A stretch of DNA of 64,000 nucleotides, from the NCBI GenBank assembly GCA_963733035.1, contig CAVTBU010000007.1, positions 512,001 to 576,000 of the forward strand, in the 5' to 3' direction. A program made the position numbers and the translations under genes. Positions within the stretch are counted from its first letter, which is position 1. Each line of letters starts with the position of its first letter. This document shows positions 1-11,614 of this stretch, in pieces. The DNA comes from Pirellulales bacterium. Its GTDB lineage: Bacteria > Planctomycetota > Planctomycetia > Pirellulales > PALSA-1355. Under the pieces are notes generated by a model. The model saw only the letters and a list, made by a program, of their open reading frames with translations, did no database searches and was not told the DNA's origin.

Positions 1-595
1 AGAACCAGAAGTCATAGAGTGTCTGATTGCGGCCCAGCCACACGCTGGTGGCCGCCAGCGTAATCATCAGGCTATACAGAATCGCCACCCCGCAGGCCAC
101 ATAAAACGGATAGAGCAAGAATTGGGCAATGCCAGGCAGCGTCGGCAAGTGCGACACCGAATACGACAGTAGCGCCAGAGCAAAAAAGAAGTTGGCAAAC
201 GACGACCAATTGATCTTGTGCAGCGAAATCAAGAATTGCGTGTCGATCGGCTTGAGCAGTGCGAAATCCAAGCCGCCTGTCCGAATGAGCTCACTGAACT
301 CCTCGCAATTGGGCATGAACAACGCCTGCACGATACTGTTCACAAACAACGTCGTGGCCAGGAAAATAAAGAACTCATAGCGGGTCCAATCGGCAATGGC
401 CGAGGTAAACTCGTAGATCAACAGGTAGTAGCCCAGGTTCATCGCCATCCATGACAGCGATGTGACGCACTCGATGATGAAGTTCGAGCGAAACGTCATA
501 TCGCGCACCAGGCTGTTCCGCGCAAACGTCAGAAACACCTTCGGATACGAAGGCCTTAGCGCAGACACTTCTCCCTGCATGTCAGATTCAAGCAT
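1..595 (-). CDS. ABC-2 family transporter permease (runs off window start)
   Basis: Minus-strand translation MLESDMQGEVSALRPSYPKVFLTFARNSLVRDMTFRSNFIIE..., hydrophobic; third gene after an ABC ATPase and a permease. Confidence 0.8.
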   Translation of the reverse strand, partial: MLESDMQGEVSALRPSYPKVFLTFARNSLVRDMTFRSNFIIECVTSLSWMAMNLGYYLLIYEFTSAIADWTRYEFFIFLATTLFVNSIVQALFMPNCEEFSELIRTGGLDFALLKPIDTQFLISLHKINWSSFANFFFALALLSYSVSHLPTLPGIAQFLLYPFYVACGVAILYSLMITLAATSVWLGRNQTLYDFWF

Positions 596-653
596 GCTCA
601 TCGCCTGCCTTCAATTCGCATCCTTCGTTCCTCTGGCCTCTGATTTCCCGGCA

Positions 654-1538
654 CTATCCGCCAAAACCGCTGTATCGTCGCACGCCGAGGTGAAATGTCA
701 CCCGACATAGCACGATGAAGAAAACGGTCCAGAACAATTGCAGACCGAGGCCCCAGGCAAGTTCCGAGCCCTGAATCTTTCCCAGGAACACGGCTGCCGG
801 GAAATAGGCCAGGTACTGTAGTGGAATGGCCCGCACAATCGCTCCCCAGTAGCCCGGCAGTGCGTTGAGCATGTCGATCGGGAACATATGCCCCGAGAAA
901 AAAAACGTGAACAGCATATAGATGAACAACAGTGAGCTTACTTCCAGGAACCAGAAGCCAACCAATCCGAGCGTGGCCTCCAGAAAAAAGCCCATCAGAA
1001 ACGACATCACCAGCGACGCGAGGAACGCGAACAGGGTAGTCGCGTCGGGCCAGCCGTCGAAGTAGTCGCGGCACAAATAGAAAACCAGCGCGAACGGCCC
1101 CGCGGCGACCACGTAATAGACGAGCTTGTGCGCGATTCGCCCCAGCAGCAGAAAGCCGATCAGGTCGACGGGTTGGATCAGGTACTTTTTGATTTCCCCG
1201 TTGCGGATCTGCAGTGCAATGTTTGACGCTAGGCCCGGCATGCTGGAAAAAGCGCGGCTGATCTGGGTCAACAGATAGTAGGCGATCATTTCGCGATACG
1301 AGTAGCCGGCGATCGTGCCCGATCCGTCGTTCGAGCGAACGGCTTGGAAGATCGCGCCCCACAGGAAAACCTGCGTCACCAGCGGCAAAAACCGCATCAG
1401 CGTGCCGAGGGCAAAATCGCCCCGGTAAACCAACCGCTCCTCCAGTGAAATGCGCAGGATGGTCCACCACGTTCGCAGCGGATTGGAACGCGCCGTCGCA
1501 TGGTTGCCACTATTCGCGATTTCAGATGCAGTTGCCAT
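654..1538 (-). CDS. ABC-2 family transporter permease
   Basis: About 6 TM segments; 'IRNGEIKKYLIQP' and 'FSGHMFP' motifs typical of ABC-2 permeases; adjacent to ATPase. Confidence 0.85.
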   Translation of the reverse strand: MATASEIANSGNHATARSNPLRTWWTILRISLEERLVYRGDFALGTLMRFLPLVTQVFLWGAIFQAVRSNDGSGTIAGYSYREMIAYYLLTQISRAFSSMPGLASNIALQIRNGEIKKYLIQPVDLIGFLLLGRIAHKLVYYVVAAGPFALVFYLCRDYFDGWPDATTLFAFLASLVMSFLMGFFLEATLGLVGFWFLEVSSLLFIYMLFTFFFSGHMFPIDMLNALPGYWGAIVRAIPLQYLAYFPAAVFLGKIQGSELAWGLGLQLFWTVFFIVLCRVTFHLGVRRYSGFGG

Positions 1539-1554
1539 CGCCGGAAACGAGGGA

Positions 1555-2580
1555 TTAGTTGCGCGTGGCGAGCTGTGGTTTCGCCGTGCCGTTTTCGAAT
1601 TGTTCGGCCGCCAGCGAAAACATCTCGGCGATCACTTCCTCGAGAGGCGGATCTTCGACGCTTACGTCTTCGACCGAATGCTGGGCTAGAATCGTTGACA
1701 GGGCTCTGCCGATGCCGTTGCGATCGACCTTAATTTTGACCTTGGGAGCTTGCTCTTCGACCACTTCGCCAAACTGGCTCAAGCCGTGCGGCAGCGTGTC
1801 GCCGGGAAAGACCAGCGTAATGATCTTGTGCCCGCTGAACCGGTCGACGATGCCCGATAGGGAGCCGTCGTACATGATCGTTCCCTGGGCGATGATGACC
1901 ACGCGCCGGCAAAGCGCGGCCACGTCCTTCATATAGTGGCTTGTCAGCAGCACCGTCATCTTCCGCTGCTGCTGGTAGTAGCGCAGAAACGACTGAATAT
2001 TGTGCTGGGCGACCACGTCCAAGCCGATCGTCGGTTCATCAAGAAACAGCACCTCCGGCGAGTGCAATAGCGCCGCGATCAGTTCCATTTTCATTCGCTC
2101 GCCGAGTGAGAGTTCCCGCACCGGCTGGCTCAACAACTGGCCGACAGAAAGCAATTCCGTCAATTCCGCCAGCCGGCGATCGAACTGAGCCGGTTCGATG
2201 CAATAGATCTGCTGATGCAGTCGAAATGACTCCTGGGCGGGCAGGTCCCACCAGAGTTGGTTCTTCTGCCCCATCACCAGGGCGAAGCGACGGCGATAGG
2301 CGTTCTCTCGCTTCCAGGGCGTAAAGCCCATCACGCGGGCCGTGCCGCCCGTGGGGCTGATCACACCGGAGAGGAGTTTGAGCGTGGTCGTTTTGCCGGC
2401 CCCGTTAGGGCCGAGAAAGGCAACGAACTCGCCCGGCTCGACCGCCAGGTCGATACCGCGCACAGCGTCGACTTCGCGATACGTGCGCTTAAACAGCCCA
2501 CGAACTGCGGCCAGCAGTCCCTCCTGCTTTTGGTAGATGCGGTAGGACTTTGCCAGCCCTTCAATTTCGATGATCGCCAT
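1555..2580 (-). CDS. ABC transporter ATP-binding protein
   Basis: Walker A GPNGAGKTT, signature LSLGE, Walker B LFLDEPT; start chosen at MAIIEIEG. Confidence 0.93.
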   Translation of the reverse strand: MAIIEIEGLAKSYRIYQKQEGLLAAVRGLFKRTYREVDAVRGIDLAVEPGEFVAFLGPNGAGKTTTLKLLSGVISPTGGTARVMGFTPWKRENAYRRRFALVMGQKNQLWWDLPAQESFRLHQQIYCIEPAQFDRRLAELTELLSVGQLLSQPVRELSLGERMKMELIAALLHSPEVLFLDEPTIGLDVVAQHNIQSFLRYYQQQRKMTVLLTSHYMKDVAALCRRVVIIAQGTIMYDGSLSGIVDRFSGHKIITLVFPGDTLPHGLSQFGEVVEEQAPKVKIKVDRNGIGRALSTILAQHSVEDVSVEDPPLEEVIAEMFSLAAEQFENGTAKPQLATRN

Positions 2581-2734
2581 AAGTGCAGGGATTATAGAGA
2601 CCGATAGCACCCTGGGAAAGTTGGACCACCAACGCGGTGTGGCCGCCAGTCGCCAGGGGAGACTGCGCAATGGCTCGCGTTGTCGGTATTTGCGGGGTTC
2701 GCTATAATCCCGCCGGTCCAGATAACATGAGTGG

Positions 2735-3259
2735 TTGGGCCATTACGCGGGAACGCAACCAGGAGACGCCATCACGCCAGCGCATCGGATCGGCATCGGG
2801 CACGACACGCATCGGCTGACGCCGGGGGGGCCATTGCGGCTGGGGGGCATCCAAATTCCTGCCGCCGTCGAGGCCGTCGGACACAGCGACGCCGACGTGC
2901 TGTTGCACGCCTTGACCGATGCCCTGCTGGGTGCGGCCTCGTTGGGTGACATCGGCGAGATGTTTCCTAACACCGACCCGGTCAACCGGGGACGCGACTC
3001 GGGCGAAATGCTGTCGTTGGCTTGGCAGGCTGTTGCACAGCGTGGATTTCGCATCGTGAATCTCGATTGCATCGTGTTCTTGCAGGAGCCCAAGTTGTCG
3101 ACTCATAAACAAAACATTCGCCAGCGAATCGCCGACCTCTTGGGTTTGGCCGTCGACCAGGTTGGGGTCAAGGCCAAGACGGGCGAGTCGGTCGGTCCGA
3201 TCGGTCGCCAGGAAGCGATCATGGCCGAATGCGTGGCCCTGCTGGAACGAAACGAATAG
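2735..3259 (+). CDS. ispF: 2-C-methyl-D-erythritol 2,4-cyclodiphosphate synthase
   Basis: RIGIGHDTH, GHSDADVLLHALTDALLGA, GDIGEMFP, VKAKTGE motifs; start uncertain. Confidence 0.95.
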   Translation: MGHYAGTQPGDAITPAHRIGIGHDTHRLTPGGPLRLGGIQIPAAVEAVGHSDADVLLHALTDALLGAASLGDIGEMFPNTDPVNRGRDSGEMLSLAWQAVAQRGFRIVNLDCIVFLQEPKLSTHKQNIRQRIADLLGLAVDQVGVKAKTGESVGPIGRQEAIMAECVALLERNE

Positions 3260-3325
3260 ACAAAACGCGAACTTGTGCCGCGATGCAGGGTTCGTAGTTC
3301 CCGACACTACTCTCGAAGGATTGAG

Positions 3326-4921
3326 ATGCTCACCGTTAAGGAAAGTTCTTCTGCCAAGAAAAGCGAGTCTCGGATGTCCCTGCGAGTCTACAACACCCTG
3401 TCGAAAACCAAGGAACCCTTCGAACCGGTTACGCCGGGACAGGTGGGCATGTATTTATGCGGACCGACGGTCTATAAGCCGAGCCACATCGGACACATGG
3501 TCGGGCCGGTGATTTTCGACGCGGTAAAACGCTATCTCAGCTACAACGGCTACAAGGTAACGTTCGTCGTCAACGTGACCGACGTCGACGACAAGCTGAT
3601 CAAGGAATCGGCCGCGCGCAAGGTGAGCATGTCGGAGTTGGCCGAGGAAATGACGGCCGACTACCTGCGCAACCTCGACGCGATGGGCATCGACACGATC
3701 GATCACTTTCCCCGCGCAACGCAAAATATGGGCGAGATCATCAAGCTGATCCAGTCGCTCGTCGATAAGGGCTTTGCCTACGAATCTGACGGCGACGTCT
3801 ACTTTGACGTTGCCCGCGACGCCGGTTATGGCAAGCTGAGCAATCGCGATGTGGCCAGCATGCAGGGTGAAGGGGGCGACATGGCCGAGCGCAAACGCTC
3901 ACCGGCCGACTTCGCTCTCTGGAAAAGCGCCAAGCCGGGCGAACCCTCCTGGGATAGCCCCTGGGGCGAGGGCCGGCCAGGCTGGCATATCGAGTGCTCG
4001 GCCATGAGCCGTGCAATCCTGGGCGAAACATTCGACATCCACGGCGGCGGACTCGACTTGGTGTTTCCACACCACGAGAACGAAATCGCCCAAAGCGAAT
4101 GTGCCCACGGCAGGCCGCAGGCCAAGTACTGGATGCATAACGGCCTGATGCAGGCCTCCGGCGAAGTCGGCAAGGTGGGTGGCCGTGCGACGCGCGAAGC
4201 GAGTGCCGGCGATCAGCAGGCGCAAGAAGCCGGCAAGATGGGCAAGTCCAAAGGGGCGAGTGCCTTCAGCGAACTGCTCCAGCGTCATGCGCCCGAAACG
4301 ATTCGTTTCTTCCTGCTCTCGACGCACTATCGCCGACCCATCGACTACAGCGAGGCCCGCATCGAGGAAGTGAACACGGGCCTTGAGCAATTCTACCGAT
4401 TCTTCAAACGCTACGAGCGGATCACTGGGCACAGTTTTTACGAGCTCCCAACGATTGATCGTCGCCAGGAGGGCGAGTTTGACCCCGGTCAGAGCGTTAC
4501 GCTCAAGCAAGTAGGCGAACATCGCAGGCATTTTCTGGAGGCGATGGACGACGATTTCAACACCGGCGGCGCCGTGGCCGATTTGTTCGAATTGGTGCGC
4601 ACGCTGAACAAGTTTGCCGACGATGAAAAGTTGGAAGCCAAGAAGCCGACCGAAGAACAACTCGCAACGCTCAAGCTGGGCGCCAAGACGCTGCGCGAGC
4701 TTGGCGGCACGCTGGGCCTGTTCCGCAAGCCGATTGATAAAGCGGCCGCCGGCGGCAACGACGAACTGGTCGGCAAACTGATGGGCCTGATCATCGAATT
4801 GAGAGCCGGAGCCCGATCGAAAAAGGACTTTGCCACCGCCGATCGCATCCGCGAGGTGCTCACCGAGCTGAACATCACGCTGGAAGACCGTCCCGGCGGC
4901 ACCGAATGGACCACCAAATGA
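3326..4921 (+). CDS. cysS: cysteine--tRNA ligase
   Basis: [55 protein letters not shown] before ATG 3326. Confidence 0.97.
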   Translation: MLTVKESSSAKKSESRMSLRVYNTLSKTKEPFEPVTPGQVGMYLCGPTVYKPSHIGHMVGPVIFDAVKRYLSYNGYKVTFVVNVTDVDDKLIKESAARKVSMSELAEEMTADYLRNLDAMGIDTIDHFPRATQNMGEIIKLIQSLVDKGFAYESDGDVYFDVARDAGYGKLSNRDVASMQGEGGDMAERKRSPADFALWKSAKPGEPSWDSPWGEGRPGWHIECSAMSRAILGETFDIHGGGLDLVFPHHENEIAQSECAHGRPQAKYWMHNGLMQASGEVGKVGGRATREASAGDQQAQEAGKMGKSKGASAFSELLQRHAPETIRFFLLSTHYRRPIDYSEARIEEVNTGLEQFYRFFKRYERITGHSFYELPTIDRRQEGEFDPGQSVTLKQVGEHRRHFLEAMDDDFNTGGAVADLFELVRTLNKFADDEKLEAKKPTEEQLATLKLGAKTLRELGGTLGLFRKPIDKAAAGGNDELVGKLMGLIIELRAGARSKKDFATADRIREVLTELNITLEDRPGGTEWTTK

Positions 4922-4931
4922 GATTGCCCGC

Positions 4932-5454
4932 ATGAGCAGCCCCGTAGTACGGATCTTGGGCATCGATCCCGGGCTGAACATCACCGGCTACGGCGTGCTC
5001 GAAGTTGGTCGCAACGTAGTCCGCGTATGCGAGGCCGGCGTGGTGCGCGGTCGAACGAAACAATCGCTCGCCGCCCGACTGGCCGAGATCCGCGCCGGCG
5101 TTGCCGATGTAATCGCATCGCTCAAGCCCGAGGCAATGGCGCATCGAACAGCTTTACGCCCACTACAAGCACCCGCGGACGGCAATCCTCATGGGCCACG
5201 CGCGGGGCGTGATCTGTTTGGCTGCCGCCGAAGTTTCGGTGCCGGTGATTTCCTACTCGGCCACCCAGATCAAAAAGGTGCTGACCGGCAACGGCCGCGC
5301 CCCCAAGAGCCAGATGCAACTGGCCATCCGCCGCGAGCTGGCGCTGGCCGAAGTGCCCGACCCGCCCGACGTCGCCGACGCCCTGGCGATCGCCCTTTGT
5401 CATTACTACCTACAAGTGCGGCGCAACCTGATAGAAAAGAGACCCGCATCGTAG
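4932..5454 (+). CDS. ruvC: Holliday junction resolvase RuvC (frame break near 5140, probably sequencing error)
   Basis: ILGIDPGLNITGYG N-terminus; downstream frame EQLYAHYKHP..MGHARG..GNGRAPKSQ..DVADALAIA; upstream of ruvA/ruvB. Confidence 0.92.
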
Positions 5455-5577
5455 CCGGCAGACTTCGCCGTGCCTCAGGGGCCGCGTGCGGGCCGGTTAC
5501 GGTAGCACGATTCGAATTCATTGCCGTTGATCGCGACTAATCGGGCGGCCGGTAAACCACAACTGAGGTCCCAACCT

Positions 5578-6201
5578 TTGATCACCAAGATTACCGGCCA
5601 ATTGCTGGCGCTCACCGACGACACACTTACGCTCTGCGTTGGCGCGTTTGAATATGAGGTGCTGATTCCCGAATTCTCCCGCCGCCAGCTGCAGGACAAG
5701 CTGCACAGCGAGGTCCGGTTGCATACGATCGAGTATCTCGAGGGCAACCCGATGCAGGGTCGCCTGACACCTCGGCTAATCGGCTTTCTCTCGGAAGTCG
5801 AACGTGAGTTCTTTGAACTGTTCTGTTCAGTCGATGGCGTGGGGGTCAAAAAAGCGCTCCGCGCAATGGTCCGTTCCGTGCGCGAAGTGGCGACCGCGAT
5901 CGAAGAGCAGGACGTCAAAGTCCTCGCGACCCTGCCTGGAATTGGCCCGGCCACGGCCGAACGTATCGTGGCAAAACTCCGCCGCAAAGTCCCCAAATTC
6001 GCCCTGATGGTCGCCCGCGACGAGCCCACGGTCGCCGAAGTGGCCACCGATGTTGTCGGCGAAACCTACGAAGTCCTCCGCAAGCTCGGCCACAGCGAAA
6101 GCGACGCGCGTCGGCTGCTCGACGCGGCGTTAGGGCAGAAAAAGAAGTACAAGAGCGTGGAAGAGCTGCTGCAAGCGGTGTATCAGTCGAGCCAGAGTTG
6201 A
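5578..6201 (+). CDS. ruvA: Holliday junction branch migration protein RuvA
   Basis: ITKITG start, HhH motifs VDGVGVKKA and [13 protein letters not shown]; between ruvC and ruvB. Confidence 0.93.
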   Translation: MITKITGQLLALTDDTLTLCVGAFEYEVLIPEFSRRQLQDKLHSEVRLHTIEYLEGNPMQGRLTPRLIGFLSEVEREFFELFCSVDGVGVKKALRAMVRSVREVATAIEEQDVKVLATLPGIGPATAERIVAKLRRKVPKFALMVARDEPTVAEVATDVVGETYEVLRKLGHSESDARRLLDAALGQKKKYKSVEELLQAVYQSSQS

Positions 6202-6296
6202 CGGTGTCGATCGCCGCACCTCGCTTGACGCCCCCTACGCCCTTGCCGGTATATTGGGCGGTGTTCAAACGTTCCGTTTCCACGGAGGGCTGTGCC

Positions 6297-7319
6297 GTGC
6301 GCGAGCCGGTCTTGAAGGGAGTTGATGACGCCGCCGACGATGCCGATCGCGACTTGCGCCCGCAGCGCATGCAGGACATGGTCGGCCAACGCGACGTCTT
6401 CGCCCGGCTGGAAATCGCCGTCGACGCGACCCGCAAACGGGGAGGCACGCTGGGGCATATCCTGTTTGACGGCCCGCCTGGGCTCGGCAAAACGACTTTT
6501 GCCACCTGCATCCCCCGCGACATGGGAGTAGCCGTGCAGATCGCGAGCGGCGCGACCCTGGCAGCCCCCAAGGATCTCGTCCCCTACCTGACGAACGCCG
6601 AGGAGAATTCGGTGCTCTTCGTCGACGAAATCCACCGCTTGCCCAAGGCGGTTGAGGAATTCCTCTATCCGGCGATGGAGGACTTTCGCATCGACATTAT
6701 CCTGGGTGAAGGCGTCAACGCCCGCACCATCAATATGTCCTTGCGGCCGTTTACGCTAATCGGCGCCACGACGCGCGCGGGGCTGTTGTCGGCGCCGCTC
6801 AGAGATCGATTTCAGATTCGCGAGCACTTAGAGTTTTACAACGTCGAAGAGCTCACCGAAATCGTGGTACGCAATGCCAAGAAGCTCAACACCCAGATCA
6901 AGCCGAATGCCGCCCAGGAGATCGCTTCGCGGAGCCGCGGCACGCCGCGCTTGGCGAACAATCGATTGCGATGGGTGCGCGACTATGTAACCAGCAAGGC
7001 CGATGGCAAAATCACCCTGCCCCTCGCGCACGCCGCGCTCGACATGCAGGGCATCGATTCAATGGGCCTTGATGGGCAGGACCGTCGCTACCTGGAAACC
7101 ATTGCCCGCGTCTTTCACGGCGGACCGGTGGGCGTGGAAGCGGTTGCGCACACCATGAACCTGGCGATTGACACGTTGGAAGACGAGATCGAACCGTTCC
7201 TGCTGCGCAGTGAATTAGTCATTCGCACGCCTCGTGGGCGCAAGGTGACTGCCCGCGGCTTCGATCATCTGAAGCTGGTGCCCCGCCTGCCGGACGATGC
7301 CCAGCGATCGCTGTTCTGA
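6297..7319 (+). CDS. ruvB: Holliday junction helicase RuvB
   Basis: LRPQ, GPPGLGKTT, FVDEIHRL, LYPAMEDF, GATTRAG, RGTPR, RTPRGR. Confidence 0.97.
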   Translation: MREPVLKGVDDAADDADRDLRPQRMQDMVGQRDVFARLEIAVDATRKRGGTLGHILFDGPPGLGKTTFATCIPRDMGVAVQIASGATLAAPKDLVPYLTNAEENSVLFVDEIHRLPKAVEEFLYPAMEDFRIDIILGEGVNARTINMSLRPFTLIGATTRAGLLSAPLRDRFQIREHLEFYNVEELTEIVVRNAKKLNTQIKPNAAQEIASRSRGTPRLANNRLRWVRDYVTSKADGKITLPLAHAALDMQGIDSMGLDGQDRRYLETIARVFHGGPVGVEAVAHTMNLAIDTLEDEIEPFLLRSELVIRTPRGRKVTARGFDHLKLVPRLPDDAQRSLF

Positions 7320-7695
7320 TTTTCTCGCTTTGTCGGGTTGGGGCGTTTTCCCCCAAAATCCACGGGAAATATCGCGCCGACAACCGTTGTTGGTCGCCCG
7401 GCGTTCACATTGGCGTTCTGTTTACCTACCGTTTGGTAACCATAAACCGTGGTGGGTAAGCACTTTACTTCAAGAATATTTTTCCAAAGTGCTTGTGCTC
7501 TTGAGGTGAGATGCGTTAGATTGAACAAACGCGAAGGGACTCAGATCGCTGAGAGTAGCGTGCGTTTCGGGCCTATCTTCGACAAATCCGTCACATCTTA
7601 AGCGGAATAAACCTGGCCTGCAGGGGCGAATCGTAGGGAGCCTGTGCCAGGGCCCAAAGTCGAGGAAAACGGCCTCCTGGAACGGGAGTGCAAAA

Positions 7696-8205
7696 GTGGC
7701 ACTAACACAGGCAGCCTTCGATCGCCTGGTCTCCGAGCACGGGTCGGCATTGTACCGCATGGCCTACCGTATGTTGGGTGACAGGCACGAGGCGGAAGAC
7801 ATCGTTCAAGAGACCTACCGTTCGGCGTGGAGTAGCCGGCGGGGGTACCAGTCGGGCCATAGTCAACGGGCCTGGCTGGCTTCGATCCTCAGGCGACGCG
7901 TCGTCGATCGCTGGCGGAGGCATCCAGCCCCCGCCGCCACCGGTGGCGAGTTCATGTTGGATGTCGAAGTGAACGGTGTCGATCCGACGGCCCACGAGTT
8001 TACTGATGAAATGCAACACGGCCTGAACCGTTTACCAACAGAGCTGCGTGAATCGCTCTTGCTGGTGGTGGTTGGCGAACTGACCCATCAGGAAGTGTCG
8101 AACATGCTGGGAGTGCCGTTGGGAACGGTGCTTTCGAGAGTCAGCCGAGCCCGGCAGAGACTGCGTGAGTATCTGTTGGTATCGGCAAAATCGATGGCTG
8201 GTTAG
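7696..8205 (+). CDS. ECF RNA polymerase sigma factor
   Basis: Region 2 (AEDIVQETY, AWLASI) and region 4 (LTHQEVSNMLGVPLGTVLSRVSRARQRL). Confidence 0.92.
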   Translation: MALTQAAFDRLVSEHGSALYRMAYRMLGDRHEAEDIVQETYRSAWSSRRGYQSGHSQRAWLASILRRRVVDRWRRHPAPAATGGEFMLDVEVNGVDPTAHEFTDEMQHGLNRLPTELRESLLLVVVGELTHQEVSNMLGVPLGTVLSRVSRARQRLREYLLVSAKSMAG

Positions 8206-8245
8206 TCGATCCCGCTGGATTGGTCCTACCCTACGATAGTTTGCC

Positions 8246-10289
8246 ATGCCAGACTTTGGCTTCGACGATTGGATGGACGCGGAGCTGCGTAATGTGTCCG
8301 TGCCGCGCGATCTTGATGCACGGCTGCGGGCGTCTCGCCCGTCGCCTGAAGAAGTCGCGGCAGCCCAGGGCGATCCGCACGATCCGGGTGATGCCCGGAT
8401 GGATGCCGTGCTGCGCAACGTCCAAGTGCCCGCAGGGCTCCACCGTCGTCTGCACGCTATCCCTCACCGAAGCCGCTTGCTGTTTTTGCCCAGGGCCGTT
8501 TCTCAAAGAGCTTGGGCTGCCGCCGCGTCGCTGCTGATCTTGGCCAGCGCAGGGGCTTATCTGGCGACGGTGCGGCAGACGGGTCGGCCGGAGCAACCAA
8601 ATGTTGCAGTAAGGTCCCCTGCGCCGACTAGCCCCGAACGGGGACGGACGGTGGTCGTTCAGTCCGATCCAGCGGGCGGCCGAGCCCGCACTGCACACAA
8701 GTCGACGCGGCAGACTCCGGTTACGGTTCCCTTGGGTCAGCCCCAACTGGCTGAGGGCGAATCCTATCGGTTATTGGAAAACGTGGCCGGTGTCGGCGCG
8801 TCGATACGGCAAGCCATCGAAGCGAAGATGCGGGCCGAGTATGCCCTGGGGGCCGGCGGAAAAATCGAGCAATTGCCCGACTTGGAAGTGCTGGAGCGTC
8901 CGATCGACTTGGGCGTGAGTCCACCCCGAGTTCGCGGCTACGACATGTTGTTTCAATTGCGTCACGGGGAGCATCCGTTCGTGTCGCCCGGGGCGAACGC
9001 GGCCCTGGAAACCAGTCGCGTACCGTTTACGTTTCGCACCGCAAGCTACGACCGGGCCACGGCCAGCATCGCCGAAGGGCACCTTCCGGCAGGCGACGAA
9101 GTGCGCGTTGAAGACTTTCTGGCAGCCCAACAATACGCCCTCCCCTCGGCTCCTCAATCGGGTTTGGCGCTGCACGTGGCCGGCTGCCCGGCGCCGTTCG
9201 GCGAGACGGGTAAGCACGTGTTACAAATCGCCGTGCAGGCTGCCAGAGCCAGACGCTCGAACCAAAAGCCCACCCGAGTCATCGCGGTCGTCGATACGTC
9301 GTCGGCCATGCAAGCCGGCGCGAGACAAGTTGGCCGTGCGGGCAATGTCGAAGCTCGGTCCGTATCTCTCGCCGGGAGACAGGTTGACGCTGATTGGTTT
9401 TTCCGAGTCGCCACGCGTGCTCTTGGAAAATGCCGGGCGCGATGAACTAGCCGCGTTGTCTGCCTCGGGGGGGCTGGAGCCAACGAGCGGCTCGGCCGAT
9501 TTGTTGGCTGCCGTGCAAACTGCGGCTGAAGCCGTCGCCACCCTGTCCAGCTCGGAAAATCGCCGGGTGATATTCATTACCGCGGGCGGCAGCCTCGAAG
9601 GATCTCGGCGCGACTCCGCTCGCCAGTTGTTGGCTCAGTTAACGACCAGTGGCGCCGGTTGGCATTTCGTCCGGCTCTCCGGCGGTACCGACGATTCCAG
9701 TTGGCAGGATCTCGCGCAAGCTGGTCGCGGACGGGCCCGGACCGCCACTTCCGCCGATGAACTGTTCGCCGTATGTCTGGAAGCGCTGACGGGCCGGCCG
9801 TCGGTCGTTGCTCGTGACGTCGCCATGCGAATTCGGTTCAATCCCAAGGCCGTGGCAAGTTATCGCCTGGTGGGGCACGAGGCGGCGACGCTTACCGGAG
9901 ACGCCAACGATCCGCTGGTTGTCGATTTGAATGCCGATCAGACGGCAACATGCCTCTACGAGTTATGGCTCCGCCCTGGCGGCAAGGGCGACCTGGCGGC
10001 CGTTGAACTGACCTGGGTCGATCCCAACGGCGGCACACGGCGGCGTCGCGTGCAGCCGATTCGCGATGCCCAGATGGCCGCGTCATTTGCCCAGGCGGCT
10101 CCCTGGCTTCAGCAGGGCGTGGTCGCTGCAAGTGCGGCCGAATTCTTACGTGGCAGCCATTATTTGCCCAATCCCAGGCGGCTCGGCCAGTTGCGAGAAC
10201 TTGCTGACGAAGTCGAGCCAAACGCCGCGAAACTTCCCGAATTCCGCGGTTTGGTTCGCCTGATCGAGCAGGCCGAGCGGCTCCGGTAA
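8246..10289 (+). CDS. putative membrane anti-sigma factor fused to YfbK-like von Willebrand A/DUF3520 region (frame break near 9320)
   Basis: Duplicated N-terminal LRNVxVP motif, TM AAASLLILA, 'TASY..VRVEDF', VVDTSSAM MIDAS-like, 'FNPKAVASYRLVGHE' YfbK-like; two ORFs joined by one indel. Confidence 0.75.
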
Positions 10290-10430
10290 CGCTGCCCGTC
10301 TGGACGCTTGCTGCGTCCGCCGATAGCCGGTGTTCCAGTTCCCGGTCCTGGTTACACTGGAAGACTTTGCGGCGCGTCATATATAGAACTTTGTGCGGCG
10401 GCTTTGCGCTGTTTGGGTGGCTGGGGTGAA

Positions 10431-11279
10431 ATGAAGAAGAATCTGCTACGCATCTACGACGGCGCCACAGCCATCGTCACGGGCGCTGCCTCAGGCATCG
10501 GCTACGGGATTAGTAAAGCGTTAGTGGAACGGGGCGCCAACGTCGTGCTCGCCGATCGGCAAGGTGAGCGCGTGGAGGAAATCGCCTCGTCGTTACGACA
10601 CGCAGGCGGAAAAGCTACGGCTGCCGAGGTGAACGTAACCGACGCCCGGACCGTGCGCCAACTTGTTGAGGAAACGGCCGCCACCTACGGGCGGCTGGAC
10701 TTCATGTTCAACAATGCCGGTATCAGCATCGGCGGCGAAGCCCGGCATTATCAACTCGAAGACTGGAACAACGTGTTCGACGTCAACTTGCGCGGCGTTG
10801 CCCATGGCGTACAGGCGGCCTACCCGTTGATGGTTAGCCAAGGCTTCGGGCACATCGTCAATACGGCGTCGGTTTGTGGGTTGTTGCCGTCGCCGTGGTG
10901 CGTGAGCTACGCGGCCTCGAAATTTGGCGTCCTGGGGCTTTCCATATCATTGCGTGTCGAAGCCGCCGCGGCCGGCGTGCGCATTAGTGCGCTCTGCCCC
11001 GGGGTGGTTCGCACTGCGATGCTTGAAGACTACGGAAAATTTGGCAAGCTGCTGCAGCCGGTGCCGCTTCCAAAGCAACAGGCATTTTGGAGCCGCCTCA
11101 ATCCAATGGAGCCCAACGAATTTGCCAGACAGGCACTTAAGGCGATCGCCAAAAACCAGGCGATTATTGTGATCCCGCGGTGGTGGCGCGTAATTTGGTG
11201 GCTAAATCGCGTGTCGCCGTCATTGGGACAGCGAATGGCTAGTCGCGAACTCAAACGCACCAAGACCAGTATGGAATAG
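10431..11279 (+). CDS. short-chain dehydrogenase/reductase
   Basis: TGAASGIG, NNAG, YAASK. Confidence 0.92.
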   Translation: MKKNLLRIYDGATAIVTGAASGIGYGISKALVERGANVVLADRQGERVEEIASSLRHAGGKATAAEVNVTDARTVRQLVEETAATYGRLDFMFNNAGISIGGEARHYQLEDWNNVFDVNLRGVAHGVQAAYPLMVSQGFGHIVNTASVCGLLPSPWCVSYAASKFGVLGLSISLRVEAAAAGVRISALCPGVVRTAMLEDYGKFGKLLQPVPLPKQQAFWSRLNPMEPNEFARQALKAIAKNQAIIVIPRWWRVIWWLNRVSPSLGQRMASRELKRTKTSME

Positions 11280-11614
11280 GCCGGTTGTGCCGGCGCGGTA
11301 CGGCCGCTCGAATGCGAGTCTTGTCGTAATTGTCACTGCAACTGCAAGGCTGTGGTGGGAAAAGGGTTGCGTTTGTTCCTGCGGCACTATAATCTGGCAA
11401 GTATAGAGGACGAGGCAGGCCTGAGGCGGTCCGGAACTCCGCCCCCGGCAGCAATTGCGCTCGGGCGCCCTTTCTATGCGAGTCGTCATGACTGCTTGGC
11501 CTCTCGGACTGCGTCATTTTGGCGGGCAACAGCCGCGTCATGACGGCACGGTCCGCTAAGATTCGTGAGTGCCGTGTCGCGCGGCAAACGGTGCATTGCG
11601 CGTCGAGGGAACGG

